Below are positions 58,993 to 64,000 of a stretch of 64,000 nucleotides of DNA, in pieces. The stretch is from Haliotis rubra (taxonomy: Eukaryota): the NCBI RefSeq assembly GCF_003918875.1, contig NW_025767226.1, forward strand, positions 372,001 through 436,000, in the 5' to 3' direction. The notes below the pieces were generated by a model. That model was given only the letters and a program-made list of their open reading frames with translations, did no database searches and was not told the origin of the DNA. Every line of letters starts with the position of its first letter. Position 1 is the first letter of the stretch. The position numbers and the translations under genes were made by a program.

Positions 58993-61900
58993 TTGTGCCA
59001 CCCATTGAGATCATTGTTTGTACGATGGCCAGTATTTCCATAGTGATTCCACAGAGCTGTGATGAATGGTGCTCCTTCCACCCAGCTGAATGTTACATAG
59101 TCCATGAAGGCTGTGACTTTAGGATATGCGGGCGCATCAGCTATGGCATCAAGCCACACATCAAGACAGGCTGAGCAGACAGTCAAAACAATCACTGTGA
59201 AAAACCATACGATCTCTGACCATTATTCAGGGTTTTGTCACCTTAATCTCCCAAGAGCTGCTCCTGTGGAAAAAATGATAAAATGCAGAAAAACAAAAGC
59301 AGTATTGACTTACATCGTCTAATTTGTGACATACAAAACGTTTGACTGAAAACGATGTTCTTTAAATGGGGACCATTAATAATCAAACAAATAAGCTCAA
59401 CCAAATTCTTTCAGAAACGCGTGAAACACATGCACCTATACAGAGAAGGGCAGTTACCATTCCACCTGATACAAGCTGGTATACAGATGAAGTTCGTACT
59501 GTTAAGAGAAACGACACGCTGAGAAACTCTGGAGATGAACGCACTTAGAGATACATCGTCAGATGTACAAGACGGCCAGAGATATACACAATGCCCTCTT
59601 AGTGCAAACTCGTACACAACATATTAACTCCGGCATAGCTCAATCGTCTTCCAACACCAAAGCTCAATGTTCAAACAACAATGTAACAATCGGTTACATA
59701 AAAAGACAAACATTCTGCCTAATCACAACAGTGAACTGGATCTTGCGAATCGTTTTGCTTATTCCCTCACTACGAAGATTGAGAACAGCCGTGTCGACCT
59801 ACAATAGAAGCAACCGAGCATAATAACTCCATAAAAGACGTTCAATGGACAGTGCCTTAGTACCATCACACCAACATCAGAAAGTAAGATAGCACGCATA
59901 AGAAAGAAGAGTCCATCAAAGTCATGTGACTTAGACCCGATCCCAACATGGATCTTATAATCTGTATCGGACTCTATCTCACCTTCCTTAGTGGCATGTT
60001 CAATACATCGCTGGCTGCATCTGAAGTACCAAGCACATTAAAAATGGCTCTTATTCGTCCACTTATCAAGAAAATTCACTTGATTCAAATGACATTAGAA
60101 ATTATAGACTGGTGTCCAACCTACCATTTCCATCAAAGGTACTTGATAAGATTGTGGCAATCCAAATCAAGGAACATCTGGAAAAGAACAACCTGATGGA
60201 AGAGTTCCACTCTGCCTATAGGGAACACCACAGTACAGAAACAGCACTTCTTCGTGTGCAAAATGACATCCTTTCTCATCTCGACAATCAGAGAGCAGGA
60301 CTCCTTGTTCTATTATACCTGTCGGCAGCCTTCGATACAATAGACCACGATATCATTCTCTCTCGACTTGAGAAGACTGTTGGTATCACCGGACCAGCAT
60401 TGATATGGCTTGAGTCATATCTAAAAAACAACTAAGTGGAAGTTGATGAGGCCGTGTCAGAAGAAAGGTGGTTATCATATTGTGTTCCACAGGGTTCAGT
60501 CCTTGGACCAATTTTGTTTACCATCTATATGTTACCACTAGATGATGTTTTCCGGAACCACTGCATTGACTTATAGTGCTTTGCAGATGACACCCAAAGC
60601 TGTATCGCCTCCTGGATTGTATCACTTCAGGAAAAGATAACGAAGCTGGAAAGAGAATCAACTTTCTCAAACTAAATGACAACAAAACGGAAGTATTCAT
60701 TTCTGGACCAAAGCACTTAAAGGAACGTATGACAGAATTCTCAGTCAATATTGAACCTGTGAATGTGCCTGCCTCTTCCCAAGTGAAGAATTTATGAATT
60801 GTTTTCGACTCCCAGGCCACATGAACAAGCATGTACCAGTATCCTCATTACCATCTTCATCAGATTGGTAAACTAAGACGATATCTGTAAGATGAAACTG
60901 CCAAAACTCTCATTCAGTCTCGCCTTGACTATGCCCATCCAGCTTCCCTGGTTCATCGACTCCAGATTATATAAAACACGGCCGCCAGGATCATGTCCTC
61001 GAAGAGACCACATCACCCCCAGGTTAAGAGAACTGCATTGGCTACCTGTTGCTAGACGCATAAAATTCAAGTTGCTCACCATCATCTACAAGTGCCTGAA
61101 GACCAACACTGCAAAATTTTACATGTCATCTCTCCTAAACAACCATAGACCAATAAGAACTCTCAGATCACAAGATAAAGCTGTGCTTATCACCTGACCA
61201 TCCAGGACTAAATACTGGGACCGCTGCTTTGAACGTGCAGCTCCTATGCTATGGAACAACCTCCCATGTCGCTGAAATCTGCTCCAAGTCTACAAACTTT
61301 TCGATAACATCTAAAGGCACATCTATTTTAAATGAAATAGACTGGGACTGCACAAGCGCCTGTGAGCAGCCGAGCTGGAACACGTCTTCCACCTTGTCCA
61401 AGGGAACCATGGGCAAAGCACCTGCTCTTCTCACCACTTTCTTCACGTCTTCATTCTCTCTGTAGGCGGTCACTAATCCCTCCTTCTGGACTCTCCTCCA
61501 GATGCACTGTGTGTAGTGAAAGAGACACCCTCTAACATGACTGTTCTCAAACATATTGCGGGCTGTATTATGGGCGGCAATCTCGCAATTCAGTTGAATT
61601 GTTCACAGAGAAAAGTCCAGATCACCCAAAGTAGCTGCCTCACGTAGGTACTCAAACACCTCATAACATTGTCGTGTTCTGTTTGCTAGTAATCCGTATA
61701 CTGAAGGAAACATATGTCCATTGCCCTCAGTGTGAATAGTCCACGCTTGATCAAATAGCTTGGGGCAAGAGTAGAATGTTCCGTCACAGAATATTGTCAG
61801 CAGCACACAAATATTCCAGATTCTTGTCTGTAATGAAGAGAAGTGTTGGCATCAAACTGATAAAGAAACGGGTTGCCGCCCTCTGTTCTTGGAAACTTGT

Positions 61901-62290
61901 CCTCCAATTGGATTTGGGCTCTGGTAGCTGGTAATTCAGGAAGGGTCTTGTGGTGCTGTCGGTATAGGATCGTACTCAGGGATTTCAGGGATGGAATCTC
62001 TTTCAGCATGTCATCAGGGACGATGTCGTAATTTTGCCTCAGTCTGGATATCTCATCTCCATAGATGGTAGGGATGGGGGTCGTCTCTGTCCTTACTCTC
62101 GATGATTTTGGCCTTGAAAGCATCGACTTCCATCTCGAATGATGCAACGGCGTGCGTGTGGTCCATAATAACAACATCATGCAGCATTTTCTCCTTGAGT
62201 GGTAAGTCTAGTACATCCAGCAACGACGCAGGTCAAGAAAGCTCTATCATTGCGACGACCCTTGCAACGGGTCTGGTAACCACCGTAATG
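58993..62290 (-). pseudogene. MULE transposase split by a LINE (pieces 62290-61381 and 59162-58993)
   Basis: IFCDGTFYSCP..F.Q..TIH, GCLFHYTQCIWR.VQ..GL, LPMVP.DKVEDV|WLDAI, WNHY....RTNN...GWHN. Catalytic residues degenerate. Confidence 0.9.
59163..61380 (+). mobile_element. 5'-truncated L2/CR1-group LINE with decayed reverse transcriptase
   Basis: SCDLDPIPTW, SNLPF.SKVL, SAYR.HHSTETALLRV.NDIL, LSAAFDTIDH, VPQGSVLGP.LF, FADDT, HITP.L.ELHWLPV. Flanked by CACATC / CACGTC. Confidence 0.93.
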
Positions 62291-62663
62291 GTTAAGAGAT
62301 TAAGAAACAAACAAAGGACAAGTCACTGAAAAAGTTTTAATTCATTGTGATCAATGGGTGACGCTTATTTGAAAATACGGCATTGATTCCCTAACTCATA
62401 GTGGCTTTCGAGGCACTGAGTTCTGAACTTGAAATGTGGCTTTCGCGGCAATTGGTATTTCTCAAATGTGGTTTTCCCGGGCGGACACCGGGGAGAAGGG
62501 GTTGGGGTGTTATTTCTCTATTATTTAAGCATATTTAATGCAGCAGTCTGAAATGTGATTGTGGGTTCGGATCTTTGACGTTCGTATCACGGAATCGAAC
62601 TGGTGTCTGGGTTTGTCAGAACCATACCTGAACCCGTGGGTTTAACCAAAGCTGTAAACGTCT

Positions 62664-63196
62664 GAAAACACACATCGATTGTCTGCAGAAACACATGAGG
62701 ATTCACACTGGAATCAAGCCTTATGAATGTGTTGAATGTGGAGAAAAAATACACATTCAAATACTCTTCAGAAACACATGAAGATTCACAGTGGAATCAA
62801 ACCTCATTAGTGCATTGTATGTGAGAAAAGATTTTCTCAATCAGGTAACGTTTAGGCACACTTGAACATTCACAGTGGAACCAAATCTTTTGAATGTGTT
62901 GAATGTGTGAAACAAATTACACAATCAGGTAATCTTAATGAACATATGAAGATTCACAGTGGAATCAAACTTCATGAGTGCACTGTGTGTAAGAAAACAT
63001 TTTCACACGCAGGCCTCCTTCAACAACACATAAGGACTCACAGTGGAATCAAGCCTTATGAATGTGTTGAATGTTGGAAAAAGTTTACATTCAACTTTAA
63101 TTCAAGTACTCTGCAGACACATATTAGAATTCACCGTGGAATCGAAATTATGAGTGCATTGTGTGTGAGACAACATTTACACAATCAGGTGACCTC
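62664..63196 (+). pseudogene. Inserted fragment of ~6 degenerate C2H2 zinc fingers
   Basis: SGIKP-type fingers with stops, interrupting a sequence that is contiguous in unit A. Confidence 0.88.
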
Positions 63197-64000
63197 CTAG
63201 GTCCAGTAGACAAAGGGCTTCCGGGAGTAAAAGCAAGAAAGAACGTTGCAAGAATCATCTGGGTGTTTTGGTATGACTTGAAACACTGGTAAGACGTCGG
63301 CCTGTAAATAGAGGCTAAATTCACAACAATAATGTATTTATAATATATATGTTAACATTTCAAATCTACAATGTGCGTGGTTAACATCATATTATTAGCT
63401 CTCTAAACACTGTGTTGTGGCAACGTGCAACATGCAGACTGGCCCCCGGCCTCTGGTGAGGTGTCAGCCTGGTTCCCTGGGTATTCTGCGCCGGCGCTAC
63501 ACTGCCTCCGCTACTATGAGGGAGCCGCCAGGGGACCAGGTCGTTGGGGAGAGAGGCAGGAAAACAGTCTTTTCTAAAAATAGCTACAACCGCGCTCGCA
63601 GCGGAAAATCTGGTCGTAAAGATATTTACCTTCACACCGAAGCCAAGAGCTCGTACACAGTGGTGGCACTCAAACGTAAGTAGAGCAGCAGATTACAATT
63701 CGAGGGTTTTCAGTAACATCAACTCTTGGAGCAGTGTCTCGTTTGTTCGTGATCGTCAGTATCTAGATATCTTACCGTTCGCTATCTCCACTATGGTTGT
63801 CTGACCAAGGCAATGCTCCCCGACTTACAACGATATTCTCACAGGGGTTAGTATTGTTGAAAATAATACGTCGTTCTTGTCCAACACTCGGTCACTGATA
63901 GCCATCTATATATAAATAAGTATGTAGGAAGATGGCTATCAGTGAACGAGTGTTGGCCCTAGCACGTATCATTTTCAGCAATACTAGTCGAGAGCCGCTA

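Larger units (their letters stand above)
54624..62489 (-). mobile_element. MULE/Mutator-type DNA transposon, decayed, with nested LINE and satellite
   Basis: TIR core GCCCGGGAAA.CCACATTT at 54631 and inverted at ~62465-62482. TSD GGGGAG(G/A)A(G) at 54616 and 62490. Transposase remnants inside. Confidence 0.85.

Overview
Eukaryotic (animal) genomic DNA with introns, tRNA-derived SINEs and tandem C2H2 zinc fingers. The repeat types suggest a mollusc, possibly a gastropod; this is inference only. No prokaryotic operon or CRISPR array is present. (1) 1-12 kb is a stack of transposons: a truncated Tc1 transposase, a decayed tandem-PC4 + BIR cassette, and a ~0.6 kb CAG-target MITE holding a near-complete 5.5 kb ISL2EU-type (PIF/Harbinger group) transposon (5126-10670). 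That element has two convergent spliced genes: an intact THAP + DDE transposase (-), and a SWIM + YqaJ/lambda-exonuclease + ING-like PHD gene (+) with two small lesions. (2) 12-64 kb is three diverged paralogous blocks (A ~12.3-27.7 kb, B ~29.4-46.3 kb, C from ~54.2 kb), each with tandem C2H2 zinc fingers using an SGIKP linker; B keeps an open 16-finger ORF. The blocks are invaded by a decayed Maverick/Polinton carrying a tRNA-Ser-like sequence, a 7.9 kb MULE with a nested L2-type LINE and a 4 kb satellite apparently born from its own C-terminal codons, MITEs, Helentron-type elements, three SINE families and several satellites. The best candidate for an interesting system is the two-gene transposon with an exonuclease-PHD partner. 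Its family is known, so the novelty would be mechanistic. All family assignments come from motif recognition by eye, not database searches.
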